Below, in pieces: positions 1-10,928 of a stretch of DNA of 64,000 nt. Below the pieces are notes generated by a model. That model saw only the letters and a list, made by a program, of their open reading frames with translations. It did no database searches and had not been told where the DNA came from. The translations under genes and the position numbers were made by a program. Source of the DNA: Nitrososphaeraceae archaeon (lineage in GTDB: Archaea > Thermoproteota > Nitrososphaeria > Nitrososphaerales > Nitrososphaeraceae); assembly GCA_044870765.1 (NCBI GenBank), contig JBIOZG010000043.1, positions 32,001 through 96,000 of the forward strand, read 5' to 3'. Position 1 is the first letter of the stretch. Each line of letters starts with the position of its first letter.

Positions 1-13
1 TACACAAAATCAT

Positions 14-781
14 TTGTTCTATGTTTATTACACTTATTCAAACAGCACGGGCTTGTTCAATAAAGTCTTGATGCTTACGGAAAGCAACAACAGAATAATC
101 GATTCAAAAACAATACTCGATGGAATTCCGGGTGATGAATATAGGGACGGGGGACGCATAAAGTTCGGTCCGGACGGTAAACTATACGTATCAACCGGGG
201 ATGCTTCAATTCCAGAACTATCGCAGGACTTGGATTCTCTGGCAGGAAAAATACTTCGTACTAACGAAGATGGAACTATCCCGCAAGACAACCCCTTTTC
301 CAATTCACCTGTTTATGCATATGGTTTTAGGAATGTCCAAGGATTAGCATGGGCTCCCAATAGCGGAGCTCTGTATAGTTCAGACCAAGGAGGGGCTGGT
401 AATGATGAATTAAATTTAATATCGCCGGGAAAAAATTATGGATGGCCTCATGAAGAATGCAACAGTAGTGATGATGATAATCGGTATACTCCACCGGTCC
501 TGTGCTTTAATCCATCATTAGAACCATCCGGAATTGCTTTTGCATTTTCAAACAAGTTGGGATATCAGAATCATTTAATCGTCGCCACCCTGAAGGGATC
601 CCATTTAAGAGATATAGACTTTGATTCTGGCAGTCAAAATACTATCCTAGTAGGTTATGGTCGCATAATAGACTTGGTAGAATCTGAAGATGGATCAATT
701 TTTGTTCTTACTAGCAATACTGATGGTAGAGCATTACCGCAGCAAGGCGACGACAAAATATTAAGGCTCACAGGATCATAA
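14..781 (+). CDS. PQQ-dependent glucose/sorbosone (Gdh-B/YliI-type) dehydrogenase, 5'-truncated by window edge
   Basis: GGRIKFGPDGKLYVSTGD, GKILR, YGFRNVQGLAW and NYGWP motifs of the GSDH beta-propeller. Confidence 0.85.
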   Translation: MFYVYYTYSNSTGLFNKVLMLTESNNRIIDSKTILDGIPGDEYRDGGRIKFGPDGKLYVSTGDASIPELSQDLDSLAGKILRTNEDGTIPQDNPFSNSPVYAYGFRNVQGLAWAPNSGALYSSDQGGAGNDELNLISPGKNYGWPHEECNSSDDDNRYTPPVLCFNPSLEPSGIAFAFSNKLGYQNHLIVATLKGSHLRDIDFDSGSQNTILVGYGRIIDLVESEDGSIFVLTSNTDGRALPQQGDDKILRLTGS

Positions 782-793
782 TAGTAGTGGTGG

Positions 794-2065
794 GTGGTCA
801 TGCCAATGAATACAGAAAAGAAATTCTACGAGATGGACATTGATGAAAGATTATCATTTATTTCATCAAAAAGCAATATTTCAAAAAATGAAATTTCGAC
901 AGCTGTAAATCAACCTCTACCATTTGATAAAGTTGACAGGATGGTAGAAAATGCAATAGGAAATTATTCACTACCTCTTGGTATAGCAACAAATTTTGTG
1001 ATAAATGAAAAAGAGTACCTGGTTCCCATGGCAATTGAAGAACCGTCTGTTATCGCAGCTGCCAGTCATGCAGCAAAACTAGCCAGGTCTTGTGGAGGAT
1101 TCAAGGCAACTGCTGATAGTTCCATCATGAGAGGCCAAATTCAAGTTACAAACATGTTAGATATCAAGAAAGCCATGCGTACTATCTCAAAGAACAAAGA
1201 ATCTTTACTCAAAATGGCTAATTCCTTGTCAAAAAATGTTAGAGCAATAGACCTCAAGACGCGTGTAATTACTAGTGATGTTGACAGGTCCAAAATGCTT
1301 GTTTCAGAATTATATGTAGATTGTAAGGATTCTATGGGCGCAAATACCGTAAATTCAATGTGTGAGCTTCTGGGTCCTGAAATAGAAAGAATGGCCAATG
1401 GTAATGGGAAAGTTAACCTCAAAATACTTTCCAATTATGCAACGGAGAGAATTGTAATTAGCAAGGCCACTTTTAAAAAGGAAGAGCTTGGTGGCACTGA
1501 GGTTGTTGACAGGATACTGTCTGCATTTGCATTTGCATTTTCTGATCCCCATAGAGCCGTAACTCATAACAAAGGGATAATGAATGGAATAGACGCAGTT
1601 TCAATTGCAACAGGCCAGGATTTTCGTGCCATTGAGGCAGCTGCTCATGCGTATGCCTCCAGAGATGGCAGATACCGATCACTTAGTATTTTTACAAAAT
1701 CATCCAAAGGTGATCTAACAGCTAGCATTGAAATTCCATTGTCAGTTGGAATCGTAGGTGGAATATCTACGGTACATCCCACAGCAAAGATGAGTTTGAA
1801 AATTTTGAGGGTAAAATCAGCATCAGAACTTGCTTGTGTTATTGCATCTGTTGGACTTGCGCAAAACTTTGCCGCAATTAGAGCATTATCCACAGAAGGA
1901 ATTCAAAAGGGCCATATGAGATTACATGCAAAGAATATAGCTGTTGCGGCAGGTGCCATGGGAAAACTAATTGATATCGTAGCTGAAACCATGTATTCAC
2001 AATCAAACATAACGATAGACAATGCCAGAGCGATTCTACATGAGCTGCAATTAAAGAGCAGTTGA
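794..2065 (+). CDS. hmgA: Hydroxymethylglutaryl-CoA reductase, class II
   Basis: ENAIG, PMAIEEPSVIAAAS, DSMGAN, THNKGIMNGIDAV and GIQKGHMRLH motifs. Confidence 0.93.
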   Translation: MVMPMNTEKKFYEMDIDERLSFISSKSNISKNEISTAVNQPLPFDKVDRMVENAIGNYSLPLGIATNFVINEKEYLVPMAIEEPSVIAAASHAAKLARSCGGFKATADSSIMRGQIQVTNMLDIKKAMRTISKNKESLLKMANSLSKNVRAIDLKTRVITSDVDRSKMLVSELYVDCKDSMGANTVNSMCELLGPEIERMANGNGKVNLKILSNYATERIVISKATFKKEELGGTEVVDRILSAFAFAFSDPHRAVTHNKGIMNGIDAVSIATGQDFRAIEAAAHAYASRDGRYRSLSIFTKSSKGDLTASIEIPLSVGIVGGISTVHPTAKMSLKILRVKSASELACVIASVGLAQNFAAIRALSTEGIQKGHMRLHAKNIAVAAGAMGKLIDIVAETMYSQSNITIDNARAILHELQLKSS

Positions 2066-2197
2066 GTTTACAATGTACTATAAATATCTTGAATAATTTT
2101 TCATACTAAATTTCAACATAATTATCAAATCAAATATTCTCTGCAAATAATTTTTCAATAGAAATATATCCCATTAAGAAGATACTTCGATTATCAG

Positions 2198-3175
2198 ATG
2201 GCAATAGTAAAATTCGCGATACCAAAAGGCAGTATCGAAGATGCAACCTTTAAAATCATTGAAGAAGCATGGCAGACAGTAAAAGGTCGTGGCAGGACGT
2301 ACAGAGTCAAGCTAAGCGACCCTGAAATAGAAGTAAAAATCTTGCGACCGCAGGAAATCCCCACATATGTGCAGGAAGGTTTTTACGATATCGGAATTAC
2401 TGGCAAAGATTGGATTGTTGAGGCTAGCGCGGATGTCAAGATTCTACTGGATCTAGAATACGGTCAGGTAAATCAGGTGATAGCAATTCCAGAAAATCTA
2501 GAATACAACAATTTAACTGAGTTGATAGAAGGTTTCGCAAAACAGAAACGGGCGCTCCGAATTTCATCAGAGTACCTTACTACCACTTCTAGTCTAATAC
2601 GTTCTAACAAAGCATATCAAAAATACTACGGTGATGCAAGACCAATGATAATTACACCATGGTTGAGAGTTGGGGAAAATAAGATGGTTGAAATCTTTCT
2701 TTCCTTTGGTGCTACTGAAGCAAAACCACCCGAAGATGTAGACGCTATTTGTGATATAACAGAAACGGGGACTACACTTGTTCAAAATAACCTAAAGCTC
2801 ATAGAAACCGTTGCTCAATCTAGTGCTCAATTAATCGCAAACAAGACCTCGTTGGAGGACAAGGCAAAGTCTGAAAAAATAGCAGACATACTTGCATTGA
2901 TAAAGGGAGTTGTAGAAGCAAGGAAGAAACTACATATTTTTGTAAACGTCAAACAAGAGAATCTGCAAAAATTATTGGAATGCTTACCTGCTCTGAAAAG
3001 ACCTACGATAAGCAAGTTGAGTGAAGAAGGTTGGTATGGTGTTAATACCGTTATTGACAAAACCGAATTCATAAAGATAGTTCCACATCTTAGAGAAATA
3101 GCCCAGGGACTGGTTGTAATGCAGCCAAAGCAAATACTGCCAATGGAGGAGCTAAAGCAGGTCATGGGTCAGTGA
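2198..3175 (+). CDS. hisG: ATP phosphoribosyltransferase (long form)
   Basis: AIPKG, RPQEIP, DIGITGKD, DITETGTTL and C-terminal regulatory domain; first gene of his operon. Confidence 0.95.
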   Translation: MAIVKFAIPKGSIEDATFKIIEEAWQTVKGRGRTYRVKLSDPEIEVKILRPQEIPTYVQEGFYDIGITGKDWIVEASADVKILLDLEYGQVNQVIAIPENLEYNNLTELIEGFAKQKRALRISSEYLTTTSSLIRSNKAYQKYYGDARPMIITPWLRVGENKMVEIFLSFGATEAKPPEDVDAICDITETGTTLVQNNLKLIETVAQSSAQLIANKTSLEDKAKSEKIADILALIKGVVEARKKLHIFVNVKQENLQKLLECLPALKRPTISKLSEEGWYGVNTVIDKTEFIKIVPHLREIAQGLVVMQPKQILPMEELKQVMGQ

Positions 3176-4455
3176 TAAAAAAGATAAGGGTAAACGACGC
3201 AAAACGGCAAGCATTTCTTATTCGCAGTTCAGGTCATATGCCGCAGAATAGTCTTTTTGTTCAAAAAATAATAAACGATGTTATCAAATTCGGAGATAAG
3301 GCGATAATAAAGTATACTAAAAAATTTGACAATGTAAAAATTGATTCTATTTTAGTGGAAAAAGTAGATTTTAGAAAGGCGTATCGACAGGTGACTACAA
3401 GTCAACTAAACGCCCTTAAAAAAACAAAAAAGCTACTTGAAAAAAATGAAAAAATGCTCCATGATAGATTGACTGGGATAATAACATCAGAACATGGAGT
3501 TAAAATTGAGAGAAAACTCAAACCCATTGAAAGTATTGGATGTTATGTGCCAGGAGGAAAAGCGCGATATCCAAGCACCCTAATAATGTGCGCTGTTCCC
3601 GCAATAGTTGCAAATGTAGGCAGGATAGCAATAGTAAGTCCGCCTATGAAAGACGGCAATATTGATCCTCTCACTCTTGTAGCTGCCGATATATGCGATA
3701 TAGACGAAGTTTATAGAATCGGTGGTGCCCAAGCAGTAGCAGCTCTCGCTTATGGGACCAAAACAATTAGCAAGGTTGATAAAATTGTAGGTCCTGGAGG
3801 TCTATTTGTTAATATTGCAAAATATCTTGTTAGCAACAAGACTGCCATTGATATGATAGCAGGTCCTACTGAGTTGTTAATATACGCAGATTCTAAATCC
3901 GATCCCAAATTTGTGGTCAAAGATTTAATTTCACAGGCAGAACACAGTCCTGATACAATTTGTGGTGTTGTTACTACTTCAAGTAATTTAATTGGAAAAT
4001 TAGAAAAGGAAGTCACCAAGTTACTGGATAGCTCTCTGCCTAGATTGGGCATAATCTCAGCAAGTTTCAAGAAAAATGCATTTATAGCATTGTGCAAAAA
4101 CGAAGCAGACGCCATTTTATTTGCTAACGAACTGGCACCCGAACATTTACAGATCTTATCGGAAAATCCAGAAAAAATAGCCTCAAAAATTAATACCGCA
4201 GGGGTCATTTTACTGGGCAAATACAGCCCTTCGTCTGCAAGTGATTACTGCCTGGGATCAAATCATGTGTTACCAACAATGGAATTTGGTAAATCAAAGG
4301 CGTCACTATCAGTACTTGATTTTGTAAAATTGGTTAACCATATCACAGTAACAAAAAACGGTCTTCAATCAGTTCAAGAGTACATAAGAGAACTAGCGTT
4401 TGCTGAAGGATTACCAAATCACTATTATGCTGTAGAGGAGAGATTGAAAAATTGA
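3172..4455 (+). CDS. hisD: Histidinol dehydrogenase
   Basis: GCYVPGG, GGAQAVAALAYGT, DMIAGPTE, SQAEH, APEHL, GSNHVLPT. Confidence 0.96.
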   Translation: MIKKIRVNDAKRQAFLIRSSGHMPQNSLFVQKIINDVIKFGDKAIIKYTKKFDNVKIDSILVEKVDFRKAYRQVTTSQLNALKKTKKLLEKNEKMLHDRLTGIITSEHGVKIERKLKPIESIGCYVPGGKARYPSTLIMCAVPAIVANVGRIAIVSPPMKDGNIDPLTLVAADICDIDEVYRIGGAQAVAALAYGTKTISKVDKIVGPGGLFVNIAKYLVSNKTAIDMIAGPTELLIYADSKSDPKFVVKDLISQAEHSPDTICGVVTTSSNLIGKLEKEVTKLLDSSLPRLGIISASFKKNAFIALCKNEADAILFANELAPEHLQILSENPEKIASKINTAGVILLGKYSPSSASDYCLGSNHVLPTMEFGKSKASLSVLDFVKLVNHITVTKNGLQSVQEYIRELAFAEGLPNHYYAVEERLKN

Positions 4456-5516
4456 CAGATTGGCTTATGGAAGAAATGAAGAAAATTTCATTGATTGAAA
4501 AATATACAGTACCTTCGGAAAGTAACTTTTTTAAATTGGATGCAAATGAAAACCTAGTCTTAGACAAGGATTTTCTTACCAAAATTTCGATAAATAGTTT
4601 GAAAAAAACGGACTTGAGAAAATATCCAATTGAGCTATATGAACGGTTATATAAAAAACTCTCAAATTATTTGGATGTTAGCGTTGACTCACTGGTGTTA
4701 GGAAGTGGTTCTGATCAGATTATAGATTTACTTTTGACACTAATAGGTAGAGGGAGAAGGTTAACCTCAATATATCCAACATTCTCCTATTTTAAAACAC
4801 GATGTCAACTGCACGGAATAGATGTTTCTGAATTAAAGTTATCTGCCATTGATAACAGTCTTGACTCTGAAAAATTTATTGAGGTTGCAAAAAAATCTCA
4901 TGCAGCATACCTGTGCTCTCCTAATAATCCAACTGGAAATCAATTTGAAAAATCAAAAATTCTGCGTATTGTCGGGTCCTTGAAAAGCACCCTAGTAATA
5001 GTAGACGAAGCGTACGTAGAATTTGCAAAATATTCACTGATAAAGCATATAAAAGAATATCCAAACCTTGTTGTGCTTCGTACTTTTTCAAAGGGCCTAG
5101 CTCTCGCTGGTGCAAGGATAGGTTATATGGTTGCAAATGAAAAACTTGCAGATTTGTTTAAGAATAGGATCCAGTTACCTTATGCAGTAAACAGTCTATC
5201 ACTTGCTATTGCGATCTCATTAATCTCTAATCCTAAAAAGGTGGAAAGGAGTATAGCACTGATAAAAGATGAAAGAGACAGAATGTATCAGAGGTTATCA
5301 AAAATCAAAAAAATAAATGTTTACAAGTCCGATGCAAATTTTCTATTCGTAAGAGGTAACAAAGAGTATAACAGAATTATTGAGGCTTTGGGAAATTCAA
5401 AAATATTGATAAAAGGTTTAGGCAATATCGATACCTATGGGAATTGCATTAGGATAACAATAGGTACAAAAAAGGTGAATAACAAGATATTGTCAGTATT
5501 TAGCAATATTCAATAG
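4452..5516 (+). CDS. hisC: Histidinol-phosphate aminotransferase
   Basis: LDANEN, SPNNPTG, DEAYVEF, RTFSKGLALAGARIGY (PLP lysine), RITIG. Confidence 0.94.
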   Translation: MTDWLMEEMKKISLIEKYTVPSESNFFKLDANENLVLDKDFLTKISINSLKKTDLRKYPIELYERLYKKLSNYLDVSVDSLVLGSGSDQIIDLLLTLIGRGRRLTSIYPTFSYFKTRCQLHGIDVSELKLSAIDNSLDSEKFIEVAKKSHAAYLCSPNNPTGNQFEKSKILRIVGSLKSTLVIVDEAYVEFAKYSLIKHIKEYPNLVVLRTFSKGLALAGARIGYMVANEKLADLFKNRIQLPYAVNSLSLAIAISLISNPKKVERSIALIKDERDRMYQRLSKIKKINVYKSDANFLFVRGNKEYNRIIEALGNSKILIKGLGNIDTYGNCIRITIGTKKVNNKILSVFSNIQ

Positions 5517-5528
5517 ATAAAAGTAGAT

Positions 5529-6491
5529 TTGATAAGAATGAATCAAGATGCGTGTATTATTTTTGATATAGACGGGGTGTTAATTGATACGAGAAAATCC
5601 TACAACGAATCAATAAGACAAACAGTTCAATATATGGTCAAACGTAACAATCCGACTATCGATAATGTAGAATCATTGGTAACAGATGACATGATATTTA
5701 ATTTCCGTAAATCAGGAATGTTTAACAATGATGCTGACACAAGTTATGCGTTTATTCTGAGCATCGTTTGTGGACCGTCAAAAATTTCCGATTTACATAT
5801 TTTTCTGGAAAAAATCACAGGAAATGCAACTGCAAATGGAATAAAGTCTGTAGAAAATTTTCTACTAGACTACTCCAAGGACAAAGAGAAGGTAATAAGG
5901 ACAATGAGAATGCTAAATTATCCAGGTGACATCGACAGCAGCATAGTAGCGCGGGTCTTTGATGAATATTTTTACGGCCCTAGTTTATTCAAAAAACAAC
6001 ACAGCGCCGATGCCCAGTATTATTTTGGCTCGCCGCTCATCGAGAACGACGTGCTATTGGTGAGGGATTCAACGATTAAAAAAATATCGGACTATTTTGA
6101 TATGAGGTTAGGAATTGTTTCGGGTAGAAGTAGGGTGGCTGCAGAATATTCCATGAAATGGTTGTTTGACTATTTTGATACTAATGCATCAATTTTTTTG
6201 GAGGATGAAAAAAGAGAGATGGGCAAACCCAACCCTTTGGCATTAATAAAATCGATCAGGAGTATGGGGGTCTGTAATGCTTTTTATGTTGGCGATTCAG
6301 CAGAGGATTTGTTGATGGTACTAAAGGCAAGAGAAGAATCTCATCTAGATATACAATTAATTGGAATATGTCCACCCAATTATAGGGCGAATCAAATAAG
6401 GAATCTATTCACGGAAAATGGAACTTCTTTAATAGCACAAGAAGTTAATGAATTACCGAACATATTAAATAAAGTTAAGACCCAATTTTAG
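5529..6491 (+). CDS. HAD-family hydrolase, probable histidinol-phosphate phosphatase
   Basis: FDIDGVLID motif I, KPNP, YVGDSAED; lies between hisC and a monofunctional hisB. Confidence 0.75.
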   Translation: MIRMNQDACIIFDIDGVLIDTRKSYNESIRQTVQYMVKRNNPTIDNVESLVTDDMIFNFRKSGMFNNDADTSYAFILSIVCGPSKISDLHIFLEKITGNATANGIKSVENFLLDYSKDKEKVIRTMRMLNYPGDIDSSIVARVFDEYFYGPSLFKKQHSADAQYYFGSPLIENDVLLVRDSTIKKISDYFDMRLGIVSGRSRVAAEYSMKWLFDYFDTNASIFLEDEKREMGKPNPLALIKSIRSMGVCNAFYVGDSAEDLLMVLKAREESHLDIQLIGICPPNYRANQIRNLFTENGTSLIAQEVNELPNILNKVKTQF

Positions 6492-6498
6492 ATACCAA

Positions 6499-7098
6499 TT
6501 GTCAGATAGTGATAAGCCTAGGACTGCATCGCTGAGCAGAAGTACATCTGAAACAACAATAACATTGAAAGTTAACCTGGATGGTGAGGGTAAGGCTCAA
6601 ATCTCAAGTGGCTTGAAATTTCTGGACCATCTAATAACTACATTCTGTAAATACAGTCTGGTTGACATAGAAGCTGAGGTAAAGTCTCATGACTCGATAT
6701 TACACCATTTGATAGAAGATATTGCTATATGCATTGGACAAGGATTGGATAAAGCGTTAGGTAATAGAGCCAGGATAATGAGGTTTGGCTATGCTATAGT
6801 TCCTATGGATGATTCGAGGAGCAATTCAGCAATTGATCTGGTTAAAAGACAGTTCTCTAAATTTGAATTAAAATTAGAAAGAAACGAAGTAGAAGGCATT
6901 GCAAAGGAGGATATAGAACACTTTTTTAGATCCTTACTGCAAAATCTCGTCGCCTGTACACACATATTGGTAGAATATGGAAAAGACGATCATCATAAAT
7001 TGGAATCTGCCATCAAGAGTTTTGCCATTGCATTTAGAAACGCTGCAGCTATTGACCCAAGAAGAAAAGGACTCCCAAGTACTAAAGACATGATGTAG
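6499..7098 (+). CDS. hisB: Imidazoleglycerol-phosphate dehydratase
   Basis: FLDHL, HHLIED, PMDD, DHHKLES, PSTK. Confidence 0.95.
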   Translation: MSDSDKPRTASLSRSTSETTITLKVNLDGEGKAQISSGLKFLDHLITTFCKYSLVDIEAEVKSHDSILHHLIEDIAICIGQGLDKALGNRARIMRFGYAIVPMDDSRSNSAIDLVKRQFSKFELKLERNEVEGIAKEDIEHFFRSLLQNLVACTHILVEYGKDDHHKLESAIKSFAIAFRNAAAIDPRRKGLPSTKDMM

Positions 7099-7719
7099 AT
7101 GACAAGGATAGCTATTTTTGATTTTGGTGCAGGCAATTTATTTAGTTTGCACCACTCACTCCATAGAAATGGTGCTCAATCCGTAGACATCATCCGGACT
7201 TTGGATGGTTTGGAAAAATATGATGGACTGGTTTTACCAGGTGTTGGTAATTTTGATAGTGCAATAAGTTCTATGCAAAAAGATGCAGTAATGCTAAATA
7301 CGGCTGTAAATGATGGGTTGCCGATACTTGGAATTTGTCTCGGTCTTGAGATGTTATTTAACAAAAGTGAAGAAGGAACCCTTGATGGACTAAAAGTGTT
7401 AGAAGGAGAAGTATTGTTGCTACCAAGGAAGAGGGTTAAGGTTCCCCACATGGGCTGGAACAACTTGAGGATTGTTATGACAGATAGCAATTTGCTAAAA
7501 GGAATCCCACAAGATTCTTGGGTATATTTTGTACACTCATATCATATAGAGCCCAAAGATGAAAAACTTGTCGCAGCAACAACTGATTACGGGTCAAAAT
7601 TGCCCGTGGTAGTGGAGCGATCTAATCTGTTTGGGACCCAGTTTCACCCTGAAAAATCAGGAAAAATTGGAGCCCAAATAATGAAAAATTTTGTCAATGT
7701 TTGTGAAAAAAACGAATGA
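7099..7719 (+). CDS. hisH: Imidazole glycerol phosphate synthase, glutaminase subunit
   Basis: LPGVG, GICLG, PHMGWN, YFVHSY, QFHPEKS. Confidence 0.96.
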   Translation: MTRIAIFDFGAGNLFSLHHSLHRNGAQSVDIIRTLDGLEKYDGLVLPGVGNFDSAISSMQKDAVMLNTAVNDGLPILGICLGLEMLFNKSEEGTLDGLKVLEGEVLLLPRKRVKVPHMGWNNLRIVMTDSNLLKGIPQDSWVYFVHSYHIEPKDEKLVAATTDYGSKLPVVVERSNLFGTQFHPEKSGKIGAQIMKNFVNVCEKNE

Positions 7720-8426
7720 AGGTATTAGCGGCCATAGATATAATGAAAGGCGACGTAGTAAGATTAACAAAAGGGGACCAATCGACCAAAAAAGTATACA
7801 GTAAAGATCCTGTCCAGGTAGCCAAAAAATGGGAAAAGGACGGTGCGGACATGTTGCACATTATTGACCTTGATGCTGCTTTTGGTAATGATTCTAACAA
7901 CCTTTCTATAATTTCGGAGATACTGCATTCGGTGAATATTCCGGTGCAAATAGGAGGTGGAATCCGCCATGTTGAAAAATTTGAAAATGTTGCTAACATG
8001 GGATTTTCAAAAATAGTGATTGGCACTATGGCCTACCGTAATATTGATGAGTTACGCATTCTGAGCAAAAATTACAGTGACAAAATAATCATTTCCCTTG
8101 ATGAGGTTAACGGAAAGGTAATGATAGATGGTTGGCAATCCTCTTCAGATTTTAAGATTGAAGACGCAATAATCAAGTTTAACAAGCTAGGAATAAACAT
8201 TTTCCTTCTGACTAGTATTGTAAAAGACGGGACTCTTTTGGGACCAGATATTGTTACTTTAAATAGCATTAATACAGATCGAAAATCAAAGATAATAGCT
8301 AGTGGTGGAATATCAAGTTTGATTGATGTGTTAAGGGTTAGAGCAATTGGTTGTGATAGTGTTATACTTGGTAAGGCATTGTATGAAGACAGGTTGGATA
8401 TCAAAAAGGTGAAAGCAATAGCATAA
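7716..8426 (+). CDS. hisA: ProFAR isomerase
   Basis: AIDIMKGDVVRL, HIIDLDAA, QIGGGIR, DGTLLGPD, ASGGI. Confidence 0.95.
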   Translation: MKVLAAIDIMKGDVVRLTKGDQSTKKVYSKDPVQVAKKWEKDGADMLHIIDLDAAFGNDSNNLSIISEILHSVNIPVQIGGGIRHVEKFENVANMGFSKIVIGTMAYRNIDELRILSKNYSDKIIISLDEVNGKVMIDGWQSSSDFKIEDAIIKFNKLGINIFLLTSIVKDGTLLGPDIVTLNSINTDRKSKIIASGGISSLIDVLRVRAIGCDSVILGKALYEDRLDIKKVKAIA

Positions 8427-9229
8427 TGCCGTTATCAAAGAGAATCATTCCATGCCTTGATGTTGATAATGGTAGAGTGGTTAAAGGAATAAAGTTTCGG
8501 GGAGTCAAGGATGCCGGCGACCCTGTTGAACTAGCTAAAAAATACAGTGATCAGGGAGCCGATGAACTTGTTTTCCTGGACATAACGGCGTCAAAACAGG
8601 ACAGGGAGATAATGAAGAGTATGGTAAAGAAAGTAGCCAGCGTTATAGACATACCTTTTACAGTGGGAGGCGGTATTAAGACGCTTGCAGATGCACGGGA
8701 AATTCTTCTTAATGGTGCAGATAAGGTTTCAATCAATACTGCTTCGGTCAAGAACCCTGAACTGGTAACAGAGCTAATGAAAATTTTTGGGAGACAATGT
8801 ATTGTTGTAGCAATAGATGTCAAGAGAAATTACGAAACTGATGATAAACACACCGCAACATCCGGACCTGATAAGGATTACTATTTTGAAGTCATGATAT
8901 ACGGAGGATCCAAAGGAACTGGTATTGATGCAATTCAGTGGGCAAAGAAGGTAGAAGAGCTGGGGGCTGGGGAAATACTGCTTACAAGCATAGATGCAGA
9001 TGGTACTAAAAATGGTTACGATATTGAATTGACAAATACAATTTGCAATAATGTGAGAATACCCGTCATTGCGTCAGGCGGTTGTGGCTCATCTGAACAC
9101 ATGGTCGAGGTATTTAACAAGACTGATGTTGATGCTGTACTTGCTGCTTCAATTTTTCATTATGATAAATTAACTCTAGAGAAAGTCAAGAAAAACTTAG
9201 TCCAAAAAGGAATTCAAACCAGATTATAA
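8426..9229 (+). CDS. hisF: Imidazole glycerol phosphate synthase, cyclase subunit
   Basis: RIIPCLDV, GADELVFLDITAS, GAGEILLTSIDADGT, ASIFH. Confidence 0.96.
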   Translation: MPLSKRIIPCLDVDNGRVVKGIKFRGVKDAGDPVELAKKYSDQGADELVFLDITASKQDREIMKSMVKKVASVIDIPFTVGGGIKTLADAREILLNGADKVSINTASVKNPELVTELMKIFGRQCIVVAIDVKRNYETDDKHTATSGPDKDYYFEVMIYGGSKGTGIDAIQWAKKVEELGAGEILLTSIDADGTKNGYDIELTNTICNNVRIPVIASGGCGSSEHMVEVFNKTDVDAVLAASIFHYDKLTLEKVKKNLVQKGIQTRL

Positions 9230-9295
9230 ACTTGATTTATTCTCAAATTTCTCTAGGAAGGTAACAAACGTAAAAAAAACGCTCTTAGTTTTATA

Positions 9296-10759
9296 CTAGT
9301 GCAAAGTAAGGGCAAAAATAAATATTCCTGCTATCATTTCGATGGTCAAGAAGTAGTCCTTGATTATCTTTATCTTACTTGCTTTTACCTTTCTAAAACC
9401 TCTGATTATATGTTGATCACGAATAGTAACAAGAGCATACAATCTGGTTAGCGCCATCAAGAAACTTATTCCCAAATACACAGGCAGTATGAAAAGGTCC
9501 ATGGGATTACGTCGCAAATGTGGGAAAATTTTGATTGTCCTTCCGACAAGCCACAAAATGATGATAGAGACGGCTAATCCCCATTGATTTTCAATGACGG
9601 CTATTGATAGAAAAATTGGACCAAGTAATAGCGTAAAGACGGAAATGAAACGATCTATCATAGAAAATGCAAGGTATGGACATTTCCACACCCATCCATT
9701 CCAAAGGCTCTGAAAGTCAGAATTATGACTGTTTCTTGCCCACCTAATTCTTTGCCTGATAAATTGGTCAAATCCTGGAGCAGCAGATGAATAAATTACC
9801 GCAGTGCTTTGATAATATGTCTTCCATCCTTCCTGTTGAATAAGTCTTGTGAAGCATTTATCTTCACCTGACTCTTTCTTCCTGCCAAGAATAATTTCTT
9901 TTAGGAAATATTTGATTTTAGGTTCCAGAATTTCCCTTCGATATAGTGCAGTTTTTCCACTTAGGCAAGAAAGGACCCTTCCTCCAGCCGTCTGCGCAGG
10001 CATGTCCAAATAGTTTCGCATATCCCAGAAAATATCTGTCATCTTCTGCCAGATTGTTCTTCTTTCAATAGGGTGAAATCGAGGGGTGACTCCGCCGATT
10101 TTTGGATCTACTTCGAATGGTCGCAGCGCATTTTCCAAGAAATTAGAGTCCCACATTGTGTCGCTGTCAGTTAAAGCAAGGATCTGACCTTTTGATTCTG
10201 AAATACCGTCAGCTAGTGCGGCTCTCTTGCCAGGTTTTGAAGTTATTATTAATTTAAGATTATTCTTGCCCTGTTGAAATTCTTTAAACTCGGTAATACA
10301 AGATGGATCTGATTTATCTATGACTGCAATTATTTCATACGGATTATTTTTCCACCATGATTCAAGGGATCGCTTAAAGATTTTCTGATCTTCATGATAT
10401 ACAGGTATAATTACCGATACACTAAGATCAGTTGCGCTTCTCAAAGTAGTCTTGGTTGATTCTGGTGTTATCGGAGAATATAGAGTAGCAACTACTTTTT
10501 TGATAAACCATACTGTCCATCTCCAGATACCTATAACACCCAGGGGTATTATTAGCCAATAATTGGACAGCCAACCTGGAAATAAATTCATAGCTATATA
10601 ATTTTGCAAGCCATTAATTTGATAAGTAATATCAGTAATGTCAAACCACAGGGGGGAGAAAATCAGTGAAACCGCAAATCCGATTAGAATTAGATCAAAA
10701 ATTATGTTGCCAAAAATCCCGGTATATTTATGATGGATTTGGCTGTTATGGGATTCCAC
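9296..10759 (-). CDS. Processive membrane GT2 glycosyltransferase (hyaluronan synthase/NodC-like)
   Basis: GKR, DSD, CLSG, GED and QRIRW (QxxRW) motifs with flanking TM helices. Confidence 0.85.
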   Translation of the reverse strand: MESHNSQIHHKYTGIFGNIIFDLILIGFAVSLIFSPLWFDITDITYQINGLQNYIAMNLFPGWLSNYWLIIPLGVIGIWRWTVWFIKKVVATLYSPITPESTKTTLRSATDLSVSVIIPVYHEDQKIFKRSLESWWKNNPYEIIAVIDKSDPSCITEFKEFQQGKNNLKLIITSKPGKRAALADGISESKGQILALTDSDTMWDSNFLENALRPFEVDPKIGGVTPRFHPIERRTIWQKMTDIFWDMRNYLDMPAQTAGGRVLSCLSGKTALYRREILEPKIKYFLKEIILGRKKESGEDKCFTRLIQQEGWKTYYQSTAVIYSSAAPGFDQFIRQRIRWARNSHNSDFQSLWNGWVWKCPYLAFSMIDRFISVFTLLLGPIFLSIAVIENQWGLAVSIIILWLVGRTIKIFPHLRRNPMDLFILPVYLGISFLMALTRLYALVTIRDQHIIRGFRKVKASKIKIIKDYFLTIEMIAGIFIFALTLH

Positions 10760-10928
10760 TATTTTAACTCGATTCCAATATTATTTATTAGTAACTTTTA
10801 TTATTATCTAGAAGTTAATGATGTAAGATGGTTACTGTCAAATTTTACTGTATTTCTTACTTGAAAATCAAAAGGAATTATATAAATATGATTAATTATA
10901 ACCCCCCTATAATAAAGAGGGATTTTGC

